Below the pieces are notes generated by a model. That model ran no database searches. It was not told the origin of the DNA and saw nothing but the letters and a program-made list of their open reading frames with translations. Of a stretch of DNA of 64,000 nt, positions 1 through 13,075 are shown in pieces. The stretch is from Laetmonice hystrix (lineage: Eukaryota): the NCBI GenBank assembly GCA_965235115.1, contig OZ249442.1:6448001-6512000 (forward strand), written 5' to 3'. How positions within the stretch are numbered: the stretch's first letter is position 1; each line of letters starts with the position of its first letter. The position numbers and the translations under genes were made by a program.

Positions 1-470
1 GTGATGGACGGGGATGTACCTCACAGATCGTACAATGACAGACCCGTGGTGGTGGACGGGGATGTACCTCACCGATCGTACAATGACAGACCCGTGGTGA
101 TGGACGGGGATGTACCTCACAGATCGTACAATGACAGACCCGTGGTGGTGGACGGGGATGTACCTCACCGATCGTACTGAATGACAGACCCGTGGTGATG
201 GACGGGGATGTACCTAACAGATCGTACTGAATGACAGACCCGTGGTGATGGACGGGGATGTACCTCACAGATCGTACAGAATGACAGACCCGTGGTGATG
301 GACGGGGATGTACCTCACCGATCGTACTGAATGACAGACCCGTGGTGATGGACGGGGATGTACCTCACAGATCGTAACGTTACAGAATGACAGACCCGTG
401 GTGGTGGACGGGGATGTACCTCACCGATCGTAACGTTACAGAATGACAGACCCGTGGTGATGGACGGGGA
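1..470. repeat. Minisatellite, ~48-59 bp unit, truncated by window edge
   Basis: GTGGTGATGGACGGGGATGTACCTCACAGATCGTAC(TGA)ATGACAGACCC, ~9 copies. Confidence 0.95.
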
Positions 471-1017
471 ATGAGATGTAGTTTTTGATGAAGATGGAAT
501 GAACCATACAACCAGCCGTTATTCCATGACGGATGACATTCTAACTGAGACCCGTGTACCGAGAGTACAATAATTATAAGTAATTTCCCAGAGTAATCGT
601 GTTGCCTTTGTAATGATCAGGATCGACATACCCATCACTCATGGTCAGGGTCATCATGGATGACCTTGGAAATGATGTCCCCGCATCGTAAAAATAGGTG
701 CTGTTGGGACATTTTGTTATCTTTTCCGCTAAGGCAGTCCCGAAACATGTTTACATGAAGGTACAGTTTTATTTTAGGTAGGTATTAAATGTGCCCTCAC
801 GAAACATAATAATCCCTCCCAGCCTTGTCCGATTTTTTTCTGGCCTCATGTTTGCGGTCAGTCTGTACAGACGTAGCTCAGAGTGGAGATTGACATGTAA
901 CGGCATACATACATACATTACATATAAAATACCTCGATACGTGTCGATGTGCCGGGGTATTTGCCTACACATGTAAGTAACAGACATGTAATAATTAGTT
1001 TTAGCAAGACATGATTA

Positions 1018-3310
1018 TTGTCATCAGCCCATATTAACCATGCGATGCCTTGCTCAGAATGTCATCAGCCCAGATTCACTATAGATGCGATGCCTTGGGC
1101 AGAATGTCATCAGCACAGATTCACCATGCGATGCCTTGCTCAGAATGTCATCAGCCCAGATTCACCATGCGATGCCTTGCTCAGAATGTCATGAGCCCAG
1201 ATTCACTATGCGATACCTTGCTCAGAATGTCATCAGCCCAGATTCACCATGCGATGCCTTGCTCAGAATGTCATCAGCCCAGATTCACCATGCGATGCCT
1301 TGCTCAGAGTGTCATCAGCACAGATTCGCCTTGCTCAGAATTTCACCAGCCCAGATTCACCATGCGATGCCTTGGGCAGAATGTCATCAGCCCAGATTCA
1401 CCATGCGATGCCTTGCTCAGAATGTCATCAGCCCAGATTCACCATGCGATGCCTTGCTCAGAATGTCATCAGCCCAGATTCGCCATGCGATGCCTTGCTC
1501 AGAATGTCATCAGCCCAGATTCACCATGCGATGCCTTGCTCAGAATGTCATCAGCCCAGATTCACTATAGATGCGATGCCTTGGGCAGAATGTCATCAGC
1601 CCAGATTCACCATGCGATGCCTTGCTCAGAATGTCATCAGCACAGATTCACCATGCGATGCCTTGCTCAGAATGTCATCAGCACAGATTCGCCTTGCTCA
1701 GAATGTCATCAGCCCAGATTCACTATGCGATGTCTTGCTCAGAATGTCATCAGCCCAGATTCACCATGCGATGCCTTGATCAGAATGTCATCAGCCCAGA
1801 TTCACTATGCGATACCTTGGGCAGAATGTCATCAGCCCAGATTCACTATAGATGCGATGCCTTGGGCAGAATGTCATCAGCCCAGATTCACTATGCGATG
1901 CCTTGCTCAGAATGTCATCAGCCCAGATTCACTATGCGATACCTTGGGCAGAATGTCATCAGCACAGATTCACCATGCGATGCCTTGCTCAGAATGTCAT
2001 CAGCCCAGATTCACTATAGATGCGATGCCTTGCTCAGAATGTCATCAGCCCAGATTCACCATGCGATGCCTTGCTCAGAATGTCATCAGCCCAGATTCAC
2101 CATGCGATGCCTTGCTCAGAATGTCATCAGCCCAGATTCACCATGCGATGCCTTGATCAGAATGTCATCAGCCCAGATTCACTATAGATGCGATGCCTTG
2201 CTCAGAATGTCATCAGCCCAGATTCACCATGCGATGCCTTGCTCAGAATGTCATCAGCCCAGATTCACCATGCGATGCCTTGCTCAGAATGTCATCAGCC
2301 CAGATTCACCATGCGATGCCTTGCTCAGAATGTCATCAGCCCAGATTCACCATGCGATGCCTTGCTCAGAATGTCATCAGCCCAGATTCACCATGCGATG
2401 CCTTGCTCAGAATGTCATGAGCCCAGATTCACCATGCGATGCCTTGCTCAGAATGTCATCAGCCCAGATTCACCATGCGATGCCTTGCTCAGAATGTCAT
2501 CAGCCCAGATTCACCATGCGATGCCTTGCTCAGAATGTCATCAGCCCAGATTCACTATGCGATGCCTTGCTCAGAATCTCATCAGCACAGATTCACTATG
2601 CGATGTCTTGCTCAGAATGTCATCAGCCCAGATTCACCATGCGATGCCTTGGGCAGAATGTCATCAGCCCAGATTCACCATGCGATGCCTTGCTCAGAAT
2701 GTCATCAGCCCAGATTCACCATGCGATGCCTTGGGCAGAATGTCATCAGCCCAGATTCACTATGCGATGCCTTGCTCAGAATGTCATCAGCACAGATTCA
2801 CCTTGCTCAGAATGTCATCAGCCCAGATTCACCATGCGATGCCTTGCTCAGAATGTCATCAGCCCAGATTCACCATGCGATGCCTTGCTCAGAATGTCAT
2901 CAGCCCAGATTCACCATGCGATGCCTTGCTCAGAATGTCATCAGCCCAGATTCACCATGCGATGCCTTGCTCAGAATGTCATCAGCCCAGATTCACTATG
3001 CGATGCCTTGCTCAGAATGTCATCAGCCCAGATTCACTATGCGATGCCTTGCTCAGAATGTCATCAGCCCAGATTCACCATGCGATGCCTTGCTCAGAAT
3101 GTCATGAGCCCAGATTCACCATGCGATGCCTTGCTCAGAATGTCACCAGCCCAGATTCACCATGCGATGCCTTGCTCAGAATGTCATCAGCCCAGATTCA
3201 CCATGCGATGCCTTGCTCAGAATGTCATCAGCCCAGATTCACTATAGATGCGATGCCTTGGGCAGAATGTCATCAGCCCAGATTCACTATGCGATGCCTT
3301 GCTCAGAATG
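1018..3310. repeat. Minisatellite, 41 bp unit, ~55 copies
   Basis: GCGATGCCTTGCTCAGAATGTCATCAGCCCAGATTCACCAT; explains the Cys/His-rich ORFs at 1050-3429. Confidence 0.97.
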
Positions 3311-4284
3311 GGAACCATTCTTCCTCTGACAGTACATGTCTGATTCCCGACTTATGGAGATATACGTTGTCAATCAGTCATCACCAGACCATGACTGAGC
3401 AGCAGACCGAACAGAAGATTCAAACTTGAAATGATGCTCTGTAACACGAAAACAACCAATCACACCACATGATAAATAACAGTGGATGCTTTCGCCAATC
3501 AAAGATTGCCTTTTACAATATTATGTTTCCTCCTCATCCAGACATAATCGTGCAGAAATCATGGATTGTCTTTCGTGGGGTTGGAATTAAAATAGTGTTC
3601 ACGGCTTATCTGCCACCCAGACTTTAAAGGTGTGTTTGATCATGCATGAAATTATGCAATTTATCACACTCCAAATAATATGATAAATTACCACATGGTT
3701 ATCCATGCCCGTGAAAGAAGTCTTGATGCTACCTTTGATATGGAGTCAGAATATTCCACAGGAAAGTTTTACGAGTAGAATTTTACACGAAGCCGTGTAA
3801 ATTATCGATCAAACAGTTAATGATATACGGGTATGTAAAAAGTCATGATAATTTCCCAAGATAAATATTTTTAAGTGGGCAGATAATGTGAGAGAGTTTC
3901 TGCGAACAGAAGTAAATATAAGATCAGGAGTTATGAGATCACACATGTAATATATGGGGTATAGTGGGTGGGTGGAGGCCATGGTCGGTATGTGTAGGGG
4001 GTCTGTGCTTCCTGTACACGTTTTACTACAAGGGGTAAATATATAATAGGGTAAAAAGCCGGGACAGTACGCTGCTTTTCTCATGGTAAAGATTATGAAA
4101 CCGCCTGGACAATAAAAATAACCCAGTGTGAAATTTCTGCCAGTCTGAGTTCGGTTGACAAAGACCCATGGACAGCAGCGAAGACCTTTTTGTGAGGCAG
4201 TGTTTCATGTCGCCATTATCACGCACATTTTGATGACGACTTCTGTGTCTCGTCAAAGATATCTTTGGGGGAAACATATATTTG

Positions 4285-4485
4285 GGTATATCGCCCATGA
4301 TAACTTAAACCCCACGAAATTTGGTGGAAAGTAAAGATCCATGGCCCTGACCTTATCCCTAACCCCTAACCCCAGTCCCTACACCTCCCAAAAACATATC
4401 CCTATCCTATCCCTATCCCTATCCCTGACCTTAACCCTAACCCCTGCCCAAACATTTCGTGGAAAGTTATCATGGGGGAAGAACC
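4285..4485. mobile_element. hAT-type MITE with telomere-like internal motifs (copy 1)
   Basis: Imperfect TIRs GGTATATCGCCCATGATAAC / GTTATCATGGGGGAAGAACC. Perfect 8-bp TSD TATATTTG (4277-4284 and 4486-4493). Internal CCCTAA/CCCTAT/CCCTGA runs. A second copy is at 39648. Confidence 0.85.
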
Positions 4486-5358
4486 TATATTTGTTGTTAG
4501 GCCTGGACAATAGAAATCACATCATGCTGTTTTGAGAAACGGTCCCTAATGTTGTATTCATCGCATGACTTGAAATATGCAGCTAATGTTAATCAGAATT
4601 GTGGATTAACTTTCTTTCTTGCTAAAACTGATATTCAGAAGAAAGGTTAAGGTGCTAAATCATTGAAGTCTACAATTGGTTTTTTTTAGACTTTTAGTGT
4701 CGCAGTTTCAGATAATTGTCAGAGTTGGCCACAAAACAGAGATTGCAGAGTTGTTTCCGTTGTTTCCGTTCCGGGTTACGACCCGGCGTCGTTTTCATCA
4801 GTTTCATGTTTTCACCCACAAGCACGCTACACTTTGCTACAGACAAGTTACATACCACCTCCTTTAGCTGGTTAGAATGATATTCTTGTTGGAGCTGCTG
4901 TTTCACATGCTATAGGAAAGAAAACGCTTTCTATACATGAGAGGTTTCTTTGAAATTGTTAAGACGTGTGTGCACACCGCGGGCCAGCCCGCAAGGTCAG
5001 CCTAGGGTCAGGCGCAAGGCCTTCATCCCACAACAAGCGCTGACAATGGTTGTACAGCTTTCATCCCCAGCTACACTCCTACCATCTATTTCGGACTGCC
5101 AGAGAGCGCCTTTTCAGGTGACTCAGAATGGGTGAATGACTTGGCAAGGCATGCCGAAACAGGGCGGACTCGAGAGTCTTGCGTCCACAGACAGCCTTTT
5201 TTGGCTGGTCCCACTTGGTGCCGGTGTAATGGGATGTAGGGTAAGGTCGTTCAGCCTTCGAGTCCTCGCGCCGCCGATTTCGCTTACTCAGTAAATCATG
5301 CATAGCTCTGTCTCCGAGGAAGTTTGAAAATAAACCAGTCCTACACCTGTGTTCTCAC

Positions 5359-5551
5359 CGGTGTTTTAACCATGCCAGTCTAAGGTTGACACACGTACGT
5401 TCGTCGACATGATGGACACAACCACAGATCGTCAGATGTAGCCGGGTTTTGGTCCATGAATTGTTGTCTGTCAATTGTCGATCTATCTTTACCGTCGGTT
5501 GTATTATTAGGACATGTTGGCAGTTTTGTGATGGTGTTACGGACAGGTTCA
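5359..5551 (-). CDS. Weaker candidate downstream exon of the - strand gene (193 nt, phase 1 to 2)
   Basis: CTACCTTCACAAACCAG| acceptor and CCG|GTGAGA donor. Open frame NLSVTPSQNCQHVLIIQPTVKIDRQ...LAWLKH. I could not find the linking exon(s). Confidence 0.3.
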
Positions 5552-5685
5552 CTGGTTTGTGAAGGTAGATAGATGCTCAACATGATTTACGATCAGCACA
5601 CAGAGAGGACCGTGGGGTTGGTTTTGACTTGCTCCACATGGGTAAATGACAGGTGTTTGACCGTGTGTGGATATAGCGAGCCGGG

Positions 5686-8265
5686 ACGGTCAGGGATGGG
5701 GAGTGAAGGGGACACACGTACGGTCAGGGATGGGGAGTGAGGGGGACACACGGTCAGGGATGGGGAGTGAGGGGGACACACGGTCAGGGATGGGGAGTGA
5801 GGGGGGGAGGGGAACACACGATCAGGGATGGGGAGTGAGGGGGGGGGGAGGGGAACACACGATCAGGGATGGGGAGTGAGGGGGGGAGGGGAACACACGG
5901 TCAGGGATGGGGAATGAGGGGGGGGGGCACGGTCAGGGATGGGGAGTGAGGGGGGGCACACGGTCAGGGATGGGGAGTGAGGGGGGGCACACGGTCAGGG
6001 ATGGGGAGTGAAGGGGACACACGGTCAGGGATGGGGAGTGAGGGGGGAGGGGAACACACGGTCAGGGATGGGGAGTGAGGGGGGGGGGGAGGGGAACACA
6101 CGGTCAGGGATGGGGAGTGAGGGGGGGGGGAGGGGAACACACGGTCAGGGATGGGGAGTGAGGGGACACACGTACGGTCAGGGATGGGGAGTGAGGGGGG
6201 GAGGGGAACACACGGTCAGGGATGGGGAGTGAGGGGGGGGGGAACACACGATCAGGGATGGGGAGTGAGGGGGGGAGGGGAACACACGGTCAGGGATGGG
6301 GAGTGAGGGGGGGGGGGAGCGGAACACACGGTCAGGGATGGGGAGTGAGGGGACACACGTACGGTCAGGGATGGGGAGTGAGGGGGGGGGGAGGGGAACA
6401 CACGATCAGGGATGGGGAGTGAGGGGACACACGTACGGTCAGGGATGGGGAGTGAGGGGGACACACGGTCAGGGATGGGGAGTGAGGGGGGGAGGGGAAC
6501 ACACGATCAGGGATGGGGAGTGAGGGGGGGGGAGGGGAACACACGATCAGGGATGGGGAGTGAGGGGGGAGGGGAACACACGGTCAGGGATGGGGAATGA
6601 GGGGGGGGGGGGGCACGGTCAGGGATGGGGAGTGAGGGGGGGCACACGGTCAGGGATGGGGAGTGAGGGGGGGCACACGGTCAGGGATGGGGAGTGAGGG
6701 GGGACACACGGTCAGGGATGGGGAGTGAAGGGGACACACGGTCAGGGATGGGGAGTGAAGGGGACACACGGTCAGGGATGGGGAGTGAGGGGGGACACAC
6801 GGTCAGGGATGGGGAGTGAGGGGGGACACACGGTCAGGGATAGGGAGTGAGGGGGGACACACGGTCAGGGATGGGGAGTGAGGGGGACACACGGTCAGGG
6901 ATGGGGAGTGAAGGGGACACACGGTCAGGGATGGGGAGTGAAGGGGACACACGGTCAGGGATGGGGAGTGAGGGGGGACACACGGTCAGGGATGGGGAGT
7001 GAGGGGGGACACACGGTCAGGGATGGGGAGTGAGGGGGGACACACGGTCAGGGATGGGGAGTGAGGGGGGACACACGGTCAGGGATGGGGAGTGAGGGGG
7101 GACACACGGTCAGGGATGGGGAGTGAGGGGGGACACACGGTCAGGGATGGGAAGTGAGGGGGGACACACGGTCAGGGATGGGGAGTGAAGGGGACGCACG
7201 GTCAGGGATGGGGAGTGAGGGGGACACACGGTCAGGGATGGGGAGTGAGGGGGACACACGGTCAGGGATGGGGAGTGAGGGGGGACACACGGTCAGGGAT
7301 GGGGAGTGAGGGGGGACACACGGTCAGGGATGGGGAGTGAAGGGGACACACGGTCAGGGATGGGGAGTGAGGGGGACACACGGTCAGGGATGGGGAGTGA
7401 GGGGGGACACACGGTCAGGGATGGGGAGTGAGGGGGGACACACGGTCAGGGATGGGGAGTGAGGGGGGACACACGGTCAGGGATGGGGAGTGAGGGGGGA
7501 CACACGGTCAGGGATGGGGAGTGAGGGGGGACACACGGTCAGGGATGGGGAGTGAGGGGGGACACACGGTCAGGGATGGGGAGTGAGGGGGACACACGGT
7601 CAGGGATGGGGAGTGAGGGGGGACACACGGTCAGGGATGGGGAGTGAGGGGGGACACACGGTCAGGGATGGGGAGTGAGGGGGGACACACGGTCAGGGAT
7701 GGGGAGTGAGGGGGGACACACGGTCAGGGATGGGGAGTGAGGGGGGACACACGGTCAGGGATGGGGAGTGAGGGGGGACACACGGTCAGGGATGGGGAGT
7801 GAGGGGGGACACACGGTCAGGGATGGGGAGTGAGGGGGGACACACGGTCAGGGATGGGGAGTGAGGGGGGACACACGGTCCGGGATGGGGAGTGAGGGGG
7901 ACACACGGTCAGGGATGGGGAGTGAGGGGGACACACGGTCAGGGATGGGGAGTGAGGGGGGACACACGGTCAGGGATGGGGAGTGAGGGGGACACACGGT
8001 CAGGGATGGGGAGTGAGGGGGGACACACGGTCAGGGATGGGGAGTGAGGGGGACACACGGTCAGGGATGGGGAGTGAGGGGGACACACGGTCAGGGATGG
8101 GGAGTGAGGGGGGACACACGGTCAGGGATGGGGAGTGAAGGGGACACACGGTCAGGGATGGGGAGTGAGGGGGACACACGGTCAGGGATGGGGAGTGAGG
8201 GGGGACACACGGTCAGGGATGGGGAGTGAGGGGGGACACACGGTCAGGGATGGGGAGTGAGGGGA
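5686..8265. repeat. G-rich minisatellite, 31 bp unit, ~80 copies
   Basis: GGTCAGGGATGGGGAGTGAGGGGGGACACAC with variable G-run length. Confidence 0.97.
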
Positions 8266-9328
8266 TAGTGAGACGTCGATCCGATTGTAACAGTTTCCCC
8301 CCTCCACTTTTTTCTTAACTTTCAGAAGTCGTGGAGTGTTTCTATTAGTTTTTGTATACATTAAAAAAGACAAGATATAGAATGTGAATATGAACCAGGA
8401 AGAAGGAGGTAGAACTGTGTGTTGCTAGTAGTTAATGTGGGACAGAACGTCAGGGTGCCAGGAAGTAAAGCGGCCCGTGCCCACGGGAGGGGGGGGGGGC
8501 TGGGGTACTCTTCTTTTTTTGATATAGATTTCAGGTTAATTCTCTGTGGCGTGTCCCCGTCGCTGCGTCAACTAGTCGATGACTGTGTATCAATGGTGAG
8601 GCGCTCAACCTGCAGTGATCATCGAGGTTGTCATTATACAGACTGACGAGATGACAAACATGAAATCAAATAGTTTCCTTAAATTCTGCATTCTCTTGGA
8701 AATGTAATGCATGCTGTCTTGGCAGCATTGGTTTGGGTAGGCCTATATTGACAATGAAGCCGCTTGCTTTGAACATTACTGGCACCATGGGAACTATAGA
8801 CGGGTCTGTCTGGACTCATTGCTCGACTCGACTTCAAACAGATTCTGGAGGTGAAATCAGATTTCGGTCTCCATTGCTGTATTTCTGTGCCGTGAGATAT
8901 TCGTGCTGTAAAAAAACCAGGTTGATGATAAGTACCTAAAGGTATTCAAGATTATAAACCACTTTGTTTACCGTTGGTAAATCAACATAAATTTAAATGA
9001 TGTTCTAGCATGTCATACTCAACCACCGTCCATGCATTCCGTGCAGGTATTATAGCGGCTAGCTTTGACCGTGAGAGAAAACTTTTATCTTAGCATGTCG
9101 CCGACCATCACATTATCTTGTCGAGACGAGGCAGGGCATGTTTGCTTTCTGCACTATTTGTTTCCTATCTTTCTGGCAGGCCAGGGAGAAGGATGGAGTT
9201 TACTTTGCACACAAGAAAGGTAGAAGCTCTTGGGGGTCCTTGGATTTAAATATTTAGGTCACACATGTATACACACCCGCCCCCTACCGGCAGCATCCTG
9301 GACAAACTAAAGATATGTTAAGATGGGT

Positions 9329-10730
9329 GGGAGGACACCGGGCTGTGCCAGTACACCCAGCCCCTGACCGTCCACAGACTGGCGGGAGGACACCGGGCTG
9401 TGCCAGTACACCAAGTCCCTGACCGTCCACAGACTGGCGGGAGGACACCGGGCTGTGCCAGTACACCCAGTCCCTGACCGTCCACAGACGGGCGGGAGGA
9501 CACCGGGCTGTGCCAGTACACCCAGTCCCTGACCGTCCACAGACGGGCGGGAGGACACCGGGCTGTGCCAGTACACCCAGTCCCTGACCGTCCACAGACG
9601 GGCGGGAGGACACCGGGCTGTGCCAGTACACCAAGTCCCTGACCGTCCACAGACTGGCGGGAGGACACCGGGCTGTGCCAGTACACCCAGTCCCTGACCG
9701 TCCACAGACGGGCGGGAGGACACCGGGCTGTGCCAGTACACCCAGTCCCTGACCGTCCACAGACGGGCGGGAGGACTCCGGGCTGTGCCAGTACACCCAG
9801 TCCCTGACCGTCCACAGACTGGCGGGAGGACACCGGGCTGTGCCAGTACACCAAGTCCCTGACCGTCCACAGACGGGCGAGAGGACACCGGGCTGTGCCA
9901 GTACACCAAGTCCCTGACCGTCCACAGACGGGCGGGAGGACTCCGGGCTGTGCCAGTACACCCAGTCCCTGACCGTCCACAGACTGGCGGGAGGACACCG
10001 GGCTGTGCCAGTACACCAAGTCCCTGACCGTCCACAGACGGGCGGGAGGACACCGGGCTGTGCCAGTACACCCAGTCCCTGACCGTCCACAGACGGGCGG
10101 GAGGACACCGGGCTGTGCCAGTACACCCAGTCCCTGACCGTCCACAGACGGGCGGGAGGACACCGGGCTGTGCCAGTACACCAAGTCCCTGACCGTCCAC
10201 AGACTGGCGGGAGGACACCGGGCTGTGCCAGTACACCCAGTCCCTGACCGTCCACAGACGGGCGGGAGGACACCGGGCTGTGCCAGTACACCCAGTCCCT
10301 GACCGTCCACAGACGGGCGGGAGGACTCCGGGCTGTGCCAGTACACCCAGTCCCTGACCGTCCACAGACTGGCGGGAGGACACCGGGCTGTGCCAGTACA
10401 CCAAGTCCCTGACCGTCCACAGACGGGCGAGAGGACACCGGGCTGTGCCAGTACACCAAGTCCCTGACCGTCCACAGACGGGCGGGAGGACTCCGGGCTG
10501 TGCCAGTACACCCAGTCCCTGACCGTCCACAGACTGGCGGGAGGACACCGGGCTGTGCCAGTACACCAAGTCCCTGACCGTCCACAGACGGGCGAGAGGA
10601 CACCGGGCTGTGCCAGTACACCCAGTCCCTGACCGTCCACAGACGGGCGAGAGGACACCGGGCTGTGCCAGTACACCAAGTCCCTGACCGTCCACAGACG
10701 GGCGGGAGGACTCCGGGCTGTGCCAGTACA
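9329..10730. repeat. Minisatellite, 55 bp unit, ~25 copies
   Basis: GGGCGGGAGGACACCGGGCTGTGCCAGTACACCCAGTCCCTGACCGTCCACAGAC. Confidence 0.97.
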
Positions 10731-10934
10731 TCCCCTCACTAGTGACGACCTATGTAATAAATGATTGCCTTATCTTGGCCTGGTTCAGTGTTATCAGAGC
10801 GTATGCTGCAGGTGCCCCCTCCCCAAGTATCAGGTGAGAGGCGGGCTGTATCCTATACCGTGTCAGATTGTTGTCATGGTAACGGGTCCCACAGGTGAGT
10901 ACAGGTGAGTAGGGATGGGCAGGTAGACATATAA

Positions 10935-11377
10935 ATAGGGCTCGGTATTGTATATGTACCAGCGTATATTATATAAGTAGGCCTCGGTATTGTATGTACC
11001 AGCGTATATTATATAAACAGGGCTCGGTATTGTATGTACCAGTGTATATTTTATAAACAGGGCTCGGTATTGTATGTACCAGCGTATATTATATAAACAG
11101 GGCTCGGTATTGTATGTACCAGCGTATATTATATAAACAGGGCTCAGTATTGTATGTACCAGCGTATATTATATCAACAGGGCTCGGTATTGTATGTACC
11201 AGCGTATATTATATAAACAGGGCTCGGTATTGTATGTACCAACGTATATTATATAAACAGGGCTCGGTATTGTATGTACCAGCGTATATTATATAAACAG
11301 GGCTCGGTATTGTATGTACCAGCGTATATTATATAAACAGGGCTCGGTATTGTATGTACCAACGTATATTATATAAA
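10935..11377. repeat. Minisatellite, 40 bp unit, ~11 copies
   Basis: AGGGCTCGGTATTGTATGTACCAGCGTATATTATATAAAC. Confidence 0.95.
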
Positions 11378-12097
11378 GCTCAATGATTGGAGACATATTA
11401 CTGTATAAACTCGGTGAGTAGGGGAGGGGGATGGTCACTGAATCTCCCCAAGCTCAATGACTGAAGACATATTACTGTATAAACTCGGTGAGTAGGGGAG
11501 GGGGATGGTCGCTGGATCTCCCCAAGCTCAACATATTACTGTATAAACTCGGTGAGTACGGGAGGGCGATGGTCACTGGATCTCCCCAAGCTCAATGATT
11601 GGAGACATATTACTGTATAAACTCGGTGTGTCGGGGAGGGGGATGGTCACTGAATCTCCCCAAGCTCAATGACTGAAGACATATTACTGTATAAACTCGG
11701 TGTGTCGGGGAGGGGGATGGTCACTGAATCTCCCCAAGCTCAATGACTGCAGACATATTACTGTATAAACTCGGTGTGTCGGGGAGGGGGATGGTCACTG
11801 AATCTCCCCAAGCTCAATGACTGAAGACATATTACTGTATAAACTCGGTGAGTAGGGGAGGGCGATGGTCACTGGATCTCCCCAAGCTCAATGACTGCAG
11901 ACATATTACTGTATAAACTCGGTGTGTCGGGGAGGGGGATGGTCACTGAATCTCCCCAAGCTCAATGACTGCAGACATATTACTGTATAAACTCGGTGTG
12001 TCGGGGAGGGGGATGGTCACTGGATCTCCCCAAGCTCAATGACTGCAGACATATTACTGTATAAACTCGGTGAGTAGGGGAGGGCGATGGTCACTGG
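11377..12097. repeat. Minisatellite, 74 bp unit, ~10 copies, abutting the 40-mer array
   Basis: AAGCTCAATGACTGAAGACATATTACTGTATAAACTCGGTGAGTAGGGGAGGGGGATGGTCACTGAATCTCCCC. Confidence 0.95.
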
Positions 12098-12809
12098 AGA
12101 AACCAACTTCTCGGTTTGGAGCACAAATATAACGGTCGCTTTCCGCGTACTCCTTTGAGATATATTTGGAATGAAATCACCAACATTATCTAAGGGGAAC
12201 TGTCTTGTCTGCCAGAGAATTAGAGCGGTTTCATTTTTGTGGACAGAAATAGACAAGGACATCGAGAGGATGACGGAAGATCGGTTTTTGCGGAAATCTT
12301 TGCCGAGAAAAGATAACCACAATGATATCAATGCGATGACTCGACATTTCTCTACCTCGGTCTTGACCTCCCGGAAGTGAACGTATGACCTTTGAAAACC
12401 TTCGGTTATCCCTAATTGCTGATTTATATTATACGTGCATACACCACAGGAAGGAAGAAATCGAATTGATGTTAGGGACAGCGATGGGGGATTAAACCAA
12501 TAGAGGACAATTTGATGGCCGGTGTTACCAAGCATTAACATAAAAAGTACAGCAGAAAACGTGTACAAATCTAAGGACTAACCGAAATAACATATGTCCC
12601 TGCTGACATTCGTTGCCGACTGATCATGGTGGACATGAAGTTCGGGCATTGTCAGCATTCACGAGCCAGACGAGGGGGGCAGGCAGTTCTTTCACAGTCG
12701 ATAGGCTATTGGTTCTTCCTGGTCTGAATCACAGAGTCACCAACAGATTGCAAAGTCAAACTCACGATCTTGAACTTCTGAAGGCCACGATCCACTCCCT
12801 GATTCTTTT

Positions 12810-13075
12810 CACTTGTGATGTGTATTTGGTTTCTTTTGATGTGTATTTGTTTTTTTGTGATGTGTGTGGATGTTTCTTGTAATGTGTATTTGGTTTCTTG
12901 TGATGTGTATGTGGATGTTTCTTGTGATGTGTGCATTGTTTGGATGTTTCTTGTGATGTGTGTTTGGATGGTTCTTGTTATGTGTACATGTATTTGGTTT
13001 CTTGTGATGTGTATGTGTGTGTTTCTTGTGATGTGTATGTGGATGTTTCTTGTAACATGTATTTGGATGGTTCTG
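12810..13075. repeat. Degenerate TG-rich repeat, ~22-24 bp unit
   Basis: GTTTCTTGTGATGTGTATGTGGAT variants. Confidence 0.8.

Noticed and set aside
4341-4450. True telomere or chromosome-end remnant
   Set aside because: The repeats are few, degenerate and enclosed by TIRs and an 8-bp TSD, so they are part of a MITE.
5125-5180. Possible hammerhead ribozyme (TGAATGA...GGCA/TGCC...GAAAC)
   Set aside because: The core is not CTGANGA, stem II does not follow the core directly, and I could not form stems I and III.
12613-12720. GHEVRALSA resembling a DIRS tyrosine-recombinase motif
   Set aside because: The expected downstream W and catalytic Y motifs are absent and there are no other DIRS features.
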